Shown piece after piece: positions 14,306 through 22,574 of a DNA stretch of 49,124 bases. Position 1 is the stretch's first letter. Each line of letters opens with the position of its first letter. The DNA lies in contig CANQVR010000001.1 in assembly GCA_947627375.1 (NCBI GenBank), positions 1 through 49,124 of the forward strand, given 5' to 3'. Below the pieces are notes generated by a model. The model made no database searches, was not told the DNA's origin, and saw nothing but the letters and a program-made list of their open reading frames with translations. Source of the DNA: an uncultured Bacilli bacterium. Its GTDB lineage: Bacteria > Bacillota_I > Bacilli_A > RF39 > UBA660. A program made the position numbers and the translations under genes.

Positions 14306-15146
14306 AGGGTGTTGCTGTAATATCAGCAAATTTTATTAAATCAGGCATAACTGCTTTTGTTCCTTTTGAGAAAAAGAACTCTAAAGCTATATCATTTGAT
14401 AGTGGGATTTTTTCTGCTCCATATTCATCAGTTGTAACTAATTGAGCTACTGCTCCATCAATCATACAAATAGCATCTTTAGTTTGTCTATGATTACTAT
14501 AAATTCTAACTCTATGGAACATTTCATTAGTTAATCCATTTAAACTGTTAGGAACACTATCAATATAGTTTTCTATTTCTCCATAAATTTCAGGCTTAAC
14601 TGTAAGAACTAACATATCACGATCTACACCATCAACCCAATCATTAGTTGTTGTTTCAACTGATTGAATAAGTGCTTCTATTTTATCTTGAATAAGAGTT
14701 TTTGTTTCAGGGATAGAATATGAAGTACCTTCACTTTCAGCCTTAGTAAAGAACTCTTTATCTAGATATGCTATGACCTTTTTAGCATGATCTCCTTTTC
14801 TTTTTTCAGCCATACCAGCTAAACCATATAATTTAATATCCTTTTTAGCAATCTCTTCTACTATTTCTTTATCAGTATCTACATTGATTGTAACCTTACC
14901 AGTATTTCTTAATTTATCTCCTTTTGCATTTGTACGAGCTGTTCCTAAGTCATTAACTGTAGCATTTTTAAATCTATCGATCTCTACTGAACCAGTAGTT
15001 GGATCACCACTATAATTTTTGTTTTTAATTTGCTCTGATATTGCACCTTTTTGTATTAATTCAAGAACTTCTCCATAAGTTTCTGCTAATTGATCCTTTG
15101 TTTCAGAAGTATCAGTATAAATGCTTAATGCATCTTGTCTTGCCAT
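14304..15146 (-). CDS. Major capsid protein
   Basis: 280-aa ORF immediately after the scaffold gene, with a strong SD. Size and position are typical of a capsid gene. Confidence 0.8.
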   Translation of the reverse strand: MARQDALSIYTDTSETKDQLAETYGEVLELIQKGAISEQIKNKNYSGDPTTGSVEIDRFKNATVNDLGTARTNAKGDKLRNTGKVTINVDTDKEIVEEIAKKDIKLYGLAGMAEKRKGDHAKKVIAYLDKEFFTKAESEGTSYSIPETKTLIQDKIEALIQSVETTTNDWVDGVDRDMLVLTVKPEIYGEIENYIDSVPNSLNGLTNEMFHRVRIYSNHRQTKDAICMIDGAVAQLVTTDEYGAEKIPLSNDIALEFFFSKGTKAVMPDLIKFADITATP

Positions 15147-15176
15147 ATTATCACTCTCCTTTTATTTTTTTTGGCA

Positions 15177-15707
15177 TTAAAAAGCCGACACGATTGTTTT
15201 TTTCTTGTCGGTTTCTTCTTTCTTATTAGAATTAGAAAAGTCTTTTGGAGGATTACCTTTTAATTTATCAGTAACCCCGTTTTCTACTGATTTGTTATAA
15301 GTTTCTGCTAGTTTCTCTACATTTTCCTTGGTTTTAGTTTCATCTAAATCAACTACAAAATCCACTAAATTAATAGGAATATTTTTTTCTTGTAGCATTT
15401 CTTGAGCTTCAAGTCTTCTTTCACGTAATGTAATATTATCTTCACGTTCCCTAAGCTCTTTTTCTCGCTTGCTCTTAGCTTCTTTTTCTCTTTCTTCTTC
15501 CGTTAACTTAGCTTGTCGTCTTTCTTCTGCAATTGCGTCTTGCACTGCCTTAGAAATAGCTTGTTTGTTTTTAGTTTTTTCTTCATCCAAACGTGTAGCA
15601 ACAATCTTGTTAACGTCTTCTTGAGAAAATGTTTTTCCACCTTTTTCCTCACTATTAGTTGTAGCTGGTGTCTCTACAACTGGAGTATTAGTTTTGGTAT
15701 TTTCCAT
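15177..15707 (-). CDS. Scaffolding protein
   Basis: About 176 aa, highly charged coiled coil (EERRQAKLTEEEREKEAKSKREKELRERE), upstream of the capsid gene. The start at 15707 has better SD spacing than 15716. Confidence 0.75.
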   Translation of the reverse strand: MENTKTNTPVVETPATTNSEEKGGKTFSQEDVNKIVATRLDEEKTKNKQAISKAVQDAIAEERRQAKLTEEEREKEAKSKREKELREREDNITLRERRLEAQEMLQEKNIPINLVDFVVDLDETKTKENVEKLAETYNKSVENGVTDKLKGNPPKDFSNSNKKEETDKKKTIVSAF

Positions 15708-15750
15708 AATAACCATCCTTCCTGTTTTACGCCCATCGGCTAAATTAAAA

Positions 15751-15781
15751 AATGCACTAAATTTTAAAAAAACAGTGCATT
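15751..15781. terminator. Hairpin AATGCACT-N15-AGTGCATT flanked by A-run and T-run (bidirectional terminator-like)
   Basis: An 8-bp stem with an A-rich tract on one side and a T-rich tract on the other. It lies just upstream of the scaffold gene. Confidence 0.4.
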
Positions 15782-15826
15782 TTATATCTTTTTTTAAGAT
15801 TTTTGCACTAATTTAGTACATTTTTA

Positions 15827-15854
15827 TATGAAAAAAGACACAAAATAGTGTCTT
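15827..15854 (-). terminator. Intrinsic terminator-like hairpin, minus strand
   Basis: The minus strand reads AAGACAC-tatttt-GTGTCTT followed by TTTTCAT. Confidence 0.45.
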
Positions 15855-15993
15855 AATTCCAAAATATATAATATAATCCCTAACCCGCGTCTAGATTATA
15901 CGTCTCACCCCTATTAATAGGAGATGAACAAAAAATCAGTGGTGAGATTTCCAAAATAAAAACCCGATATTTCTATCGAGCTTTAAATATTAT

Positions 15994-16212
15994 TTAATTA
16001 TTTTTATTTATTATATAGTTTTCATTGTTATTATAATATTGATTATAACTATCAATAGCTTTTTTTGGAGCTTTATCCGTTAATATATATCGATTTCCTT
16101 TTGGTTTTTTAGCATCTTTAATTAAAAAATGTGGTACATCATTCACAGACCATTCTTTATTTTCAACATACCATTCTTTGTTTTTCATAAAATAAGGTTT
16201 TTCTTTCAACAT
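15994..16212 (-). CDS. Small protein downstream of the MuF-fusion gene (candidate cognate/immunity partner)
   Basis: 72-aa ORF whose start lies 1 nt after the MuF-fusion stop. It is K/N-rich, and I recognise no domain. Confidence 0.6.
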   Translation of the reverse strand: MLKEKPYFMKNKEWYVENKEWSVNDVPHFLIKDAKKPKGNRYILTDKAPKKAIDSYNQYYNNNENYIINKNN

Positions 16213-16213
16213 A

Positions 16214-17911
16214 TTATATTTTTCCTTTCAAATATTCTTTCATAGCTTTTCCCAATTCATTAGGTTTTCCACTTTCCATATTAGCAAAACATTCAGCAAA
16301 AAATTCTTGACTTTTTTCATGTCCATAAGTTGATAGATTATCCTTTATTTTAAAATCTTTATTGTTTTTTAACGCAATTCCATATATATCTTGAGATATT
16401 TTATCACATATTTTTTTCTCATATTCTGCAAATATTTTTTTTCTTAAGTTTGCTTTTTTTTCTATTTTTATTTGTTTTATAAAGCTATTATATTCTTTTG
16501 GATTATTTATATTATAAATGTTTATTAAATAATTTTCAACTAAATGACCAAATTCATGTGTTAAAGCATAGGTATCAACATTTTTGTTTTTACAAGGCAT
16601 AAAATTATTTTCTCTAATTCCTTGTAATACTGTATTATGATATTTATTATAATCATTATAATAATCTTGAGATAAATTTATACTTAAATAACTCATATCA
16701 TTAGTATGTGATGTAACAGCTATTGCATTTGTATTTTTACTACTGAAATGTAATCCTTTTTCTTTAACAAAATTAGCAATTTTAGGATATTTATCTAATA
16801 AATTATTCAATTGCTTTACATTAATTTTAACTAATTTTTCATCTAATAATTTTAATTTTTTAGTATTATAATAAATATTTTTATTTGATTGGAATATATC
16901 AGTTTTAGGTACAACTCCATCATATTGTTTTATCCATTCATTATAACTTATATTTTTTATTACTTCGTTTTCATCCGTAATAGGATTACGTGCTCTACGT
17001 TCTAAACTTTTCAATATATCATTATCTATATTAGGTATTTCAGTACACCTACAATTAACATGGAATTGCGGAGCATTTATTCCAACCTTCCTATCTTTTG
17101 TATCATATACTTTCATATCCAAAGCTTGACATTCTCTACAAGTCTTTATATCTAGTGTTGCTGTTACTAAATATTTATCAATACCCATTTCTCTATATGC
17201 TTCAAATTCTGCTTCATGATGGAAATGTATCATTTCATTTCTTGCTAGTCTTCTAGCATTATATTGATTACTGTTGAATCTTTCTCTTATTTGCCTTGTT
17301 GTTTTTTCTATTGACTGACCACTTAATAATGCTCCTCCTATTATTGTGGACAATTCATTAGCTAATTTATCAGTATTTTTCCAAATACGTTCTGAATAAT
17401 TTTTACCAGTCCATTTCTCATTTAGCATGTTATCTATTGTTTGCTCATCAAGTCTATTAAAATTAAACCCTAACTCCGTACCCATTTGAGTATCATATAT
17501 TGTTTTATAATAATTATCTTTTATTGTTCTTTTATGTGACAAGTCTTGTAGTTTCTTTTCATCTTTATAAATACCTTTAGCTTTAGCATAAACTTGAGCT
17601 TGTATTTCTTCTAATCTTGATATACGTGATTTGTAATTATCTTTCACATACTTGTTTAATCCTAATTTAGATAAAAGTTTCCATACCTTATTAGTTTCTC
17701 TTTCAGTTAGTTTTGTTTTAAGCATCTGCTTATCAATACCAACTTCTTTTGCATAATTATCATATATGTTTTCTATATCTCTTTGGATATTTTTGTTTGC
17801 TTGATCATATATTTTTTCAATTTTATTTATATACTTTTTACTGCTCTTTTCACTTTCTAGAAAACGATTTATAGAACGTTCTTCCCAGTATTTTCTATTT
17901 TGTTTCTTCAT
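16214..17911 (-). CDS. Head morphogenesis protein (SPP1 gp7 / Mu F-like) fused to a C-terminal HExxH metalloprotease-like domain
   Basis: The N-terminal ~330 aa carry MuF motifs (CRECQALD...HVNCRCT). The C-terminal ~220 aa carry THEFGHLVE and QEFFAECFAN, a Zn-metalloprotease signature. Confidence 0.75.
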   Translation of the reverse strand: MKKQNRKYWEERSINRFLESEKSSKKYINKIEKIYDQANKNIQRDIENIYDNYAKEVGIDKQMLKTKLTERETNKVWKLLSKLGLNKYVKDNYKSRISRLEEIQAQVYAKAKGIYKDEKKLQDLSHKRTIKDNYYKTIYDTQMGTELGFNFNRLDEQTIDNMLNEKWTGKNYSERIWKNTDKLANELSTIIGGALLSGQSIEKTTRQIRERFNSNQYNARRLARNEMIHFHHEAEFEAYREMGIDKYLVTATLDIKTCRECQALDMKVYDTKDRKVGINAPQFHVNCRCTEIPNIDNDILKSLERRARNPITDENEVIKNISYNEWIKQYDGVVPKTDIFQSNKNIYYNTKKLKLLDEKLVKINVKQLNNLLDKYPKIANFVKEKGLHFSSKNTNAIAVTSHTNDMSYLSINLSQDYYNDYNKYHNTVLQGIRENNFMPCKNKNVDTYALTHEFGHLVENYLINIYNINNPKEYNSFIKQIKIEKKANLRKKIFAEYEKKICDKISQDIYGIALKNNKDFKIKDNLSTYGHEKSQEFFAECFANMESGKPNELGKAMKEYLKGKI

Positions 17912-19262
17912 TTTCTATTTTTTCATTTTCTGATTTCTCTTCTTCATCAGAATTATGATTTTGAGATATTCCTAAATCAAAACGTTCCATATTTTCTTCT
18001 TTTTCTTTTGTTTTTGCTTCTATAACCTCATTTGCATCTTTTATAAATGATAATTGTGATATCAATGTTTCACTATCAACTACATCACTTAAATTATTAA
18101 TCATTTGTGATATTTCATAATCATTACTTGGTAAATTACGAGTAAATACTGCATCTACTTCTTCGACTGGTATTTCACCCATCATAGATTTTGTAGCTAG
18201 AAAATGATTATACAGTTTAAATCTTTCCATTAATCCTTTTTCCATGTAGCGCTCTTTATTTTTTATATTTTGCTCAAAACCAAGTAGTTTATATCTAATA
18301 GCTACTCCACTTGAATTACCAACAAAGTTCTGATCACTCATATTAGGAACCATACTTATTTTGTGTATATCATTTTCTATGTTTTGTCTTAAAACATCAA
18401 CATCATTTTCTTGTAATGTTTTAACTAAATATTCAACTTTACCATCAGCTGGAATACTTGCTATCATTCTATTTTCTCTTAATTGATCTGCTTGATCATC
18501 GTTAAAATCAAATCCATACATACATAAAATAGCATCGACTAATTGTTCTTTATCATTAACTCTATCACTTTGTAATAAGTTATACGCATCTATTAAGCTT
18601 ATTACTGACTCGAAATCTCCTAAATATTCAGGGTTGTTTTTATATTCTATCATTGGAACGTCTCCAAAAGAATGAAGCTCCTCTTCTCCATTTTTGGTAA
18701 GCCTTTTGCTATAGCATTTATAACTTACTTTCTTTTTTTTGTCAAAAAACATTATGTCCCAATATTTAAACTTATCTCCTGCTTTTATCGGTCTATAAAT
18801 AAGTCCAAATAATTTATTATGTTCTACTGTGTCATCATATACTATAATAGAATTTTTATTATCAATTTCACAACTTCTTGGCTCTGCGTTTTCATTTGCA
18901 TATACATATTCTCTTTGTATTCCAAAAATTGATACATCTTTGGCTATCTCACTATCTAAATCATTTATAGTTTGTTTCTTATATTCATCTAATAGTGGTT
19001 GTATATCATATCCATCATTTACTTGATAATCAACAGGATTACCAAGAAGATATGCTATATTAGTATCAGTAATATATTTAGCATGATTAATCATCACTTT
19101 ATTATTTTTTAATCTATCTTCTTTTGAACGATTACATATTGCTTGTTTTCCTAAATAATAATTTTCTAACTTTTTAAATCTATCACAATATGTCTCATTA
19201 TAATCAATAACGTCATTTAATATTTGATATGTTATTTTTGTATCTTTTGGTAATGTGTACAC
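17895..19262 (-). CDS. Portal protein (SPP1 gp6-like)
   Basis: 455-aa ORF directly after TerL. The GTG start has TAGGAGGTG 6 nt upstream. The C-terminus is acidic. Confidence 0.8.
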   Translation of the reverse strand: MYTLPKDTKITYQILNDVIDYNETYCDRFKKLENYYLGKQAICNRSKEDRLKNNKVMINHAKYITDTNIAYLLGNPVDYQVNDGYDIQPLLDEYKKQTINDLDSEIAKDVSIFGIQREYVYANENAEPRSCEIDNKNSIIVYDDTVEHNKLFGLIYRPIKAGDKFKYWDIMFFDKKKKVSYKCYSKRLTKNGEEELHSFGDVPMIEYKNNPEYLGDFESVISLIDAYNLLQSDRVNDKEQLVDAILCMYGFDFNDDQADQLRENRMIASIPADGKVEYLVKTLQENDVDVLRQNIENDIHKISMVPNMSDQNFVGNSSGVAIRYKLLGFEQNIKNKERYMEKGLMERFKLYNHFLATKSMMGEIPVEEVDAVFTRNLPSNDYEISQMINNLSDVVDSETLISQLSFIKDANEVIEAKTKEKEENMERFDLGISQNHNSDEEEKSENEKIENEETK

Positions 19263-19274
19263 TGCCTACACCTC

Positions 19275-20501
19275 CTATAATCCAATTGGCTTCTTATAAA
19301 CTTTTGCTTTTCTAATACCTTTAATATATTTGTTTAGTCCATACCTGATTGCATCAATAGTATGATTAAATGTATCTACTGGCTCGTTTATATATTCACC
19401 TGTTTTTTTATCTTTTTTCCAACTGTAATTATCTAATTCTTCTATTACTTTAAAGCATCTTTCATCAACAATTAATTCATATTGTTGCAACCATTGAATA
19501 CCATGTATAACACTGTCTTTACCCTTTTCGGTTGCTTCTATATTTACTCCACTCCTTTGAATTTCTGCTATACTCTTTGGCTCTGCACTATCTCCATAAG
19601 ATTTATCCTTAGCAAGTCCTAGTTTAATCATAACGTTTGCTATCTCATCGTTAAGCATACCTTTTCTGACATACTCACCTTTGACATATATTTTTTTGTT
19701 ATCTTCATCAATATATCCATTTACGATTGCGGAAGGATCATTTACATAACCAAAGTCTAACCCTATCCATTTCGGAAGTCCTGTTATCTCATCATCACTT
19801 ATTAATCTTTTTTCATAAATAGGAAATACTAATTTATCTAATGTTGCAAACTCACCAAGTGTATAAATTTTATAATAGGCTGGATTTCTATATTGCAAAT
19901 CATTTAAAGTTTTGACATAATCATCGGTTAAGAATTTATTGTCTTTATATGTAGTTTCAATTATTAATGTATCTAATGGTATATCTCCTATAAAGAAATA
20001 ATCATATACCCAATTCTTCTTTGACACTGGATTAAAGAATAGATATATTTGAGGAAATAACTCTTTAGGTCTTAAACGTAAATTTAACTGTGTAAAATCA
20101 TCTAGATTCAATTCGGTTGCCTCTTCTATGATGACATCAGTTATACCAGTAATTGATTTTATTTTTTCCGGATCATCTAATCCTTTAAATAAAAAAATAG
20201 ACCCATTTGGAAGTTCTATCTCTAAATCACTCTTATTGATTCTGCAAAATTCTTTTATTCCAACTTCACTTAACAAGTCTAATACAAGTTGCCAAATAGA
20301 AGCTTTTAATGTATTGCTAATCTTACGAACAAATAATACTCTACGTTTCATCTTCATTGATTTTAAAATCATTTTTTGACAACCACCATAAGATTTACCT
20401 GATCCAGCACCACCCTTATATACTTCAATACGATGTGTATAATCATCTATTATGTCATATATCCACTTATTAAACGCACTAGGATTTAGTTGTCTTTTCA
20501 T
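19275..20501 (-). CDS. Terminase large subunit (PBSX/Terminase_3 type)
   Basis: 408 aa with Walker A GGAGSGKS and a C-terminal nuclease-like region. Its start overlaps the TerS stop. Confidence 0.9.
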   Translation of the reverse strand: MKRQLNPSAFNKWIYDIIDDYTHRIEVYKGGAGSGKSYGGCQKMILKSMKMKRRVLFVRKISNTLKASIWQLVLDLLSEVGIKEFCRINKSDLEIELPNGSIFLFKGLDDPEKIKSITGITDVIIEEATELNLDDFTQLNLRLRPKELFPQIYLFFNPVSKKNWVYDYFFIGDIPLDTLIIETTYKDNKFLTDDYVKTLNDLQYRNPAYYKIYTLGEFATLDKLVFPIYEKRLISDDEITGLPKWIGLDFGYVNDPSAIVNGYIDEDNKKIYVKGEYVRKGMLNDEIANVMIKLGLAKDKSYGDSAEPKSIAEIQRSGVNIEATEKGKDSVIHGIQWLQQYELIVDERCFKVIEELDNYSWKKDKKTGEYINEPVDTFNHTIDAIRYGLNKYIKGIRKAKVYKKPIGL

Positions 20502-20890
20502 TTAAACCAATCACTTTCTACTTCTTTTACTTCTACCTTTTGTATGAAGCCACCTTTTGCTTTTGCTAATAATTCACTTGCTTTAATTCTATCTTTTGTA
20601 TCTTCAGCTGTATTATTGAATATCTTAGTCCAAAATAAAAAAATATCTTCTAATTCGGCAATACCCTCATTATCTATCCTTTTAGATATTTCTTTTCTAC
20701 GTTCATCCAATAATTCTTTAAACTTAATACTGTTTTGGTAACCCATAGCTCTTGCATTTTTGTTTGAATATCCTGCGTTAATTGTTGCAGTAGTATAATC
20801 ATCACATTTAATATATTCATCAATCCATTTTTGTTGTTTAGGTGTTAACTTATCTCCTTTTTTATAGACCCTTACATCTTTTACACTCAT
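20498..20890 (-). CDS. Terminase small subunit (P27/Terminase_2 type)
   Basis: ...LTPKQQKWIDEYIKCDDYTTATINAGYSNKNARAMGYQN... is the typical TerS HTH pattern. GGAGGTGG lies upstream of the ATG at 20890. Confidence 0.8.
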   Translation of the reverse strand: MSVKDVRVYKKGDKLTPKQQKWIDEYIKCDDYTTATINAGYSNKNARAMGYQNSIKFKELLDERRKEISKRIDNEGIAELEDIFLFWTKIFNNTAEDTKDRIKASELLAKAKGGFIQKVEVKEVESDWFK

Positions 20891-20911
20891 AGTTACCACC
20901 TCCAAAAAAAA

Positions 20912-21043
20912 CTATTTTTCTTCTTTTGTTTGTTTATCTTTTGTTTGCTTAGGTGCTTTTTTAATTCTTATTTCGTATTTAGTACCGAACAAAGTAATAA
21001 AAGCTTTACCGTTACTATCCGGTGTAATTTCTATAATTTCCAT
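20912..21043 (-). CDS. Small basic protein (43 aa), unknown
   Basis: GGAGGT lies 4-5 nt upstream of the ATG at 21043. The ORF fills the gap before TerS and is below the track size cutoff. Confidence 0.45.
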   Translation of the reverse strand: MEIIEITPDSNGKAFITLFGTKYEIRIKKAPKQTKDKQTKEEK

Positions 21044-21122
21044 AATAACCTCCAACAAAAAAAGATACTCTTTCTTGAGCACCCTTATTTTAAATTTTTA
21101 CAACTACACTATAACATATTAA

Positions 21123-21608
21123 TTACTGTATATTCACTGTATATTTTAATTTTTTTATATATTTTTTTATTTTTCTATAATAATTCTTCCAAATAGTTTG
21201 CGTATCTTTGTCATTTCTATAAGCTATTTCTTCTACTGCTTTAGTAATAGGTGTAGCATTAAAAACAATTTCATAATATAATTCATACTCTATTCCATTC
21301 ATTTTTGACAAGTGATCATTCATCACATTAAGATATGAAGTAAGCTCTTCTATTCTCTTTTGTTGAAAAGTTATTTCTTCACTTAAAGACATTCCTATAC
21401 CATAATCGACTTCATTAAGATCATGTAAATACTGTGCCATGTTATCTCTATCCTTTTTACCACCGTCAACCATTAACTCTTTTGTATTAGAAACAAGTGG
21501 AAAATATTTACGATAAAGTTTAGTCTTTTTATCAATTAAAAAATCTAATCTAGTTTTTGCAATGTTTAATTCACATTCAGTATTTGTATAGTCACGTATA
21601 GCAAGCAT
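21123..21608 (-). CDS. Putative late-gene transcriptional regulator (ArpU/RinA-like position)
   Basis: 161-aa ORF, the last gene before the packaging module, with a C-terminal HTH-like segment. The call rests on position only. Confidence 0.3.
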   Translation of the reverse strand: MLAIRDYTNTECELNIAKTRLDFLIDKKTKLYRKYFPLVSNTKELMVDGGKKDRDNMAQYLHDLNEVDYGIGMSLSEEITFQQKRIEELTSYLNVMNDHLSKMNGIEYELYYEIVFNATPITKAVEEIAYRNDKDTQTIWKNYYRKIKKYIKKLKYTVNIQ

Positions 21609-21625
21609 AAACTCCTCTACCCCTC

Positions 21626-21913
21626 CTATTTCAATATTTCTAATTTAGGTATATCAACCAAAGAATAACTAAAGTTAATACTTTTTAAATTTTTTTCTTC
21701 TTTGCCTCTTACATAAAGAATTATTTTTCTATTTTTAACTAAAATAACATAATCATATTTATTCATCAAAATTTTATCTACTGTCATATAATATATATTT
21801 TCATAACTATTTTTATAATATTTAATATCATCTTCTAATTTGTTATTTGTTAATTTTAATATTTTTATTTTATCATTTAATTCTTCGTATTCCTTATTGC
21901 TTAATACTTTCAT
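21626..21913 (-). CDS. Hypothetical protein
   Basis: 95-aa ORF with an SD (AGGAGGGAAT), in the early operon. Confidence 0.55.
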   Translation of the reverse strand: MKVLSNKEYEELNDKIKILKLTNNKLEDDIKYYKNSYENIYYMTVDKILMNKYDYVILVKNRKIILYVRGKEEKNLKSINFSYSLVDIPKLEILK

Positions 21914-21921
21914 ATTCCCTC

Positions 21922-22017
21922 CTACTTTTCATCAAATTTCAATCCAATAATTACTAATACAACTATTGTTGTTATAACTCCTAAGATAAATCCAACAATT
22001 CCTTGGCTGATATACAT
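21922..22017 (-). CDS. Small membrane peptide (31 aa)
   Basis: MYISQGIVGFILGVITTIVVLVIIGLKFDEK. GAGGTGG lies 7 nt upstream. It overlaps the 3' end of 21981..22169 in another frame. Confidence 0.4.
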   Translation of the reverse strand: MYISQGIVGFILGVITTIVVLVIIGLKFDEK

Positions 22018-22169
22018 TCTTTTTCCACCTCTCTTTTTTGTTTTATTACTTTTAAATATTCTTGATATTTTTTAAATGGTTTTAAATCTGATTCTTCAAT
22101 CTTTTTTAGTTTTTTATTTATATTATTTAATTTATGATCTAATTCTGCTATTTTGATTTCTCGATCCAT
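21981..22169 (-). CDS. Hypothetical coiled-coil protein
   Basis: 62-aa ORF in the early operon. Confidence 0.5.
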   Translation of the reverse strand: MDREIKIAELDHKLNNINKKLKKIEESDLKPFKKYQEYLKVIKQKREVEKECISAKELLDLS

Positions 22170-22171
22170 AG

Positions 22172-22501
22172 CTACTCCTTTGGCATTTCATAAATTACTG
22201 TTTTTGATAATGGTAATTGATATATGTGGTCACCAGTATAATCATTATAATTTTGCTTATTAACTGTATAAAATTGATAGCTTGTATTTATTTTATTTTG
22301 TATTTCAGCTAATACTTCTAATGCTCTTTCTTCTGATTTGTAAATACCTAGGTTTAGAAAATTGTATCCATAAGTATTTTGAAAATTAATAGAACATATC
22401 GCATAACTTAATTCTTCTATATTACTGATATACTTTCTAATTTCTAATTGTTCTACTTTAATAAGTCTTTTTTTATCTTGACTTCTTATCCATAAATCCA
22501 T
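22172..22501 (-). CDS. Hypothetical protein
   Basis: 109-aa ORF with GGAGGT upstream. Confidence 0.55.
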   Translation of the reverse strand: MDLWIRSQDKKRLIKVEQLEIRKYISNIEELSYAICSINFQNTYGYNFLNLGIYKSEERALEVLAEIQNKINTSYQFYTVNKQNYNDYTGDHIYQLPLSKTVIYEMPKE

Positions 22502-22524
22502 ATTTATACCTCCAATTTAAGTTA

Positions 22525-22559
22525 GTTTCCCCTCGGACGTTAAGCCCGAGGAGGGAAAC
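22525..22559 (-). other. GC-rich imperfect hairpin with no U-tract, just 3' of the lectin-like gene
   Basis: GTTTCCCCTCGG-acgttaagc-CCGAGGAGGGAAAC forms 12 bp with two bulges. It is unusually GC-rich for this genome. Confidence 0.7.
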
Positions 22560-22574
22560 ATAATACTCTTTTAT

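Noticed and set aside
1973-15743. Plus-strand track ORFs inside the late region (1973..2323, 2365..2601, 3852..4055, 4124..4330, 4590..4919, 4944..5180, 9536..9859, 9905..10351, 10805..11179, 13632..13913, 15041..15229, 15513..15743)
   Set aside because: All are antisense to long, well-supported minus-strand structural genes. They are S/F/L/I-rich reverse-frame shadows and lack SDs.
22525-22559. The GC hairpin as an ordinary rho-independent terminator
   Set aside because: No T-run follows it in the direction of transcription, and the next gene's SD and ATG follow within ~25 nt. It is kept as an unexplained structure linked to the GC island.
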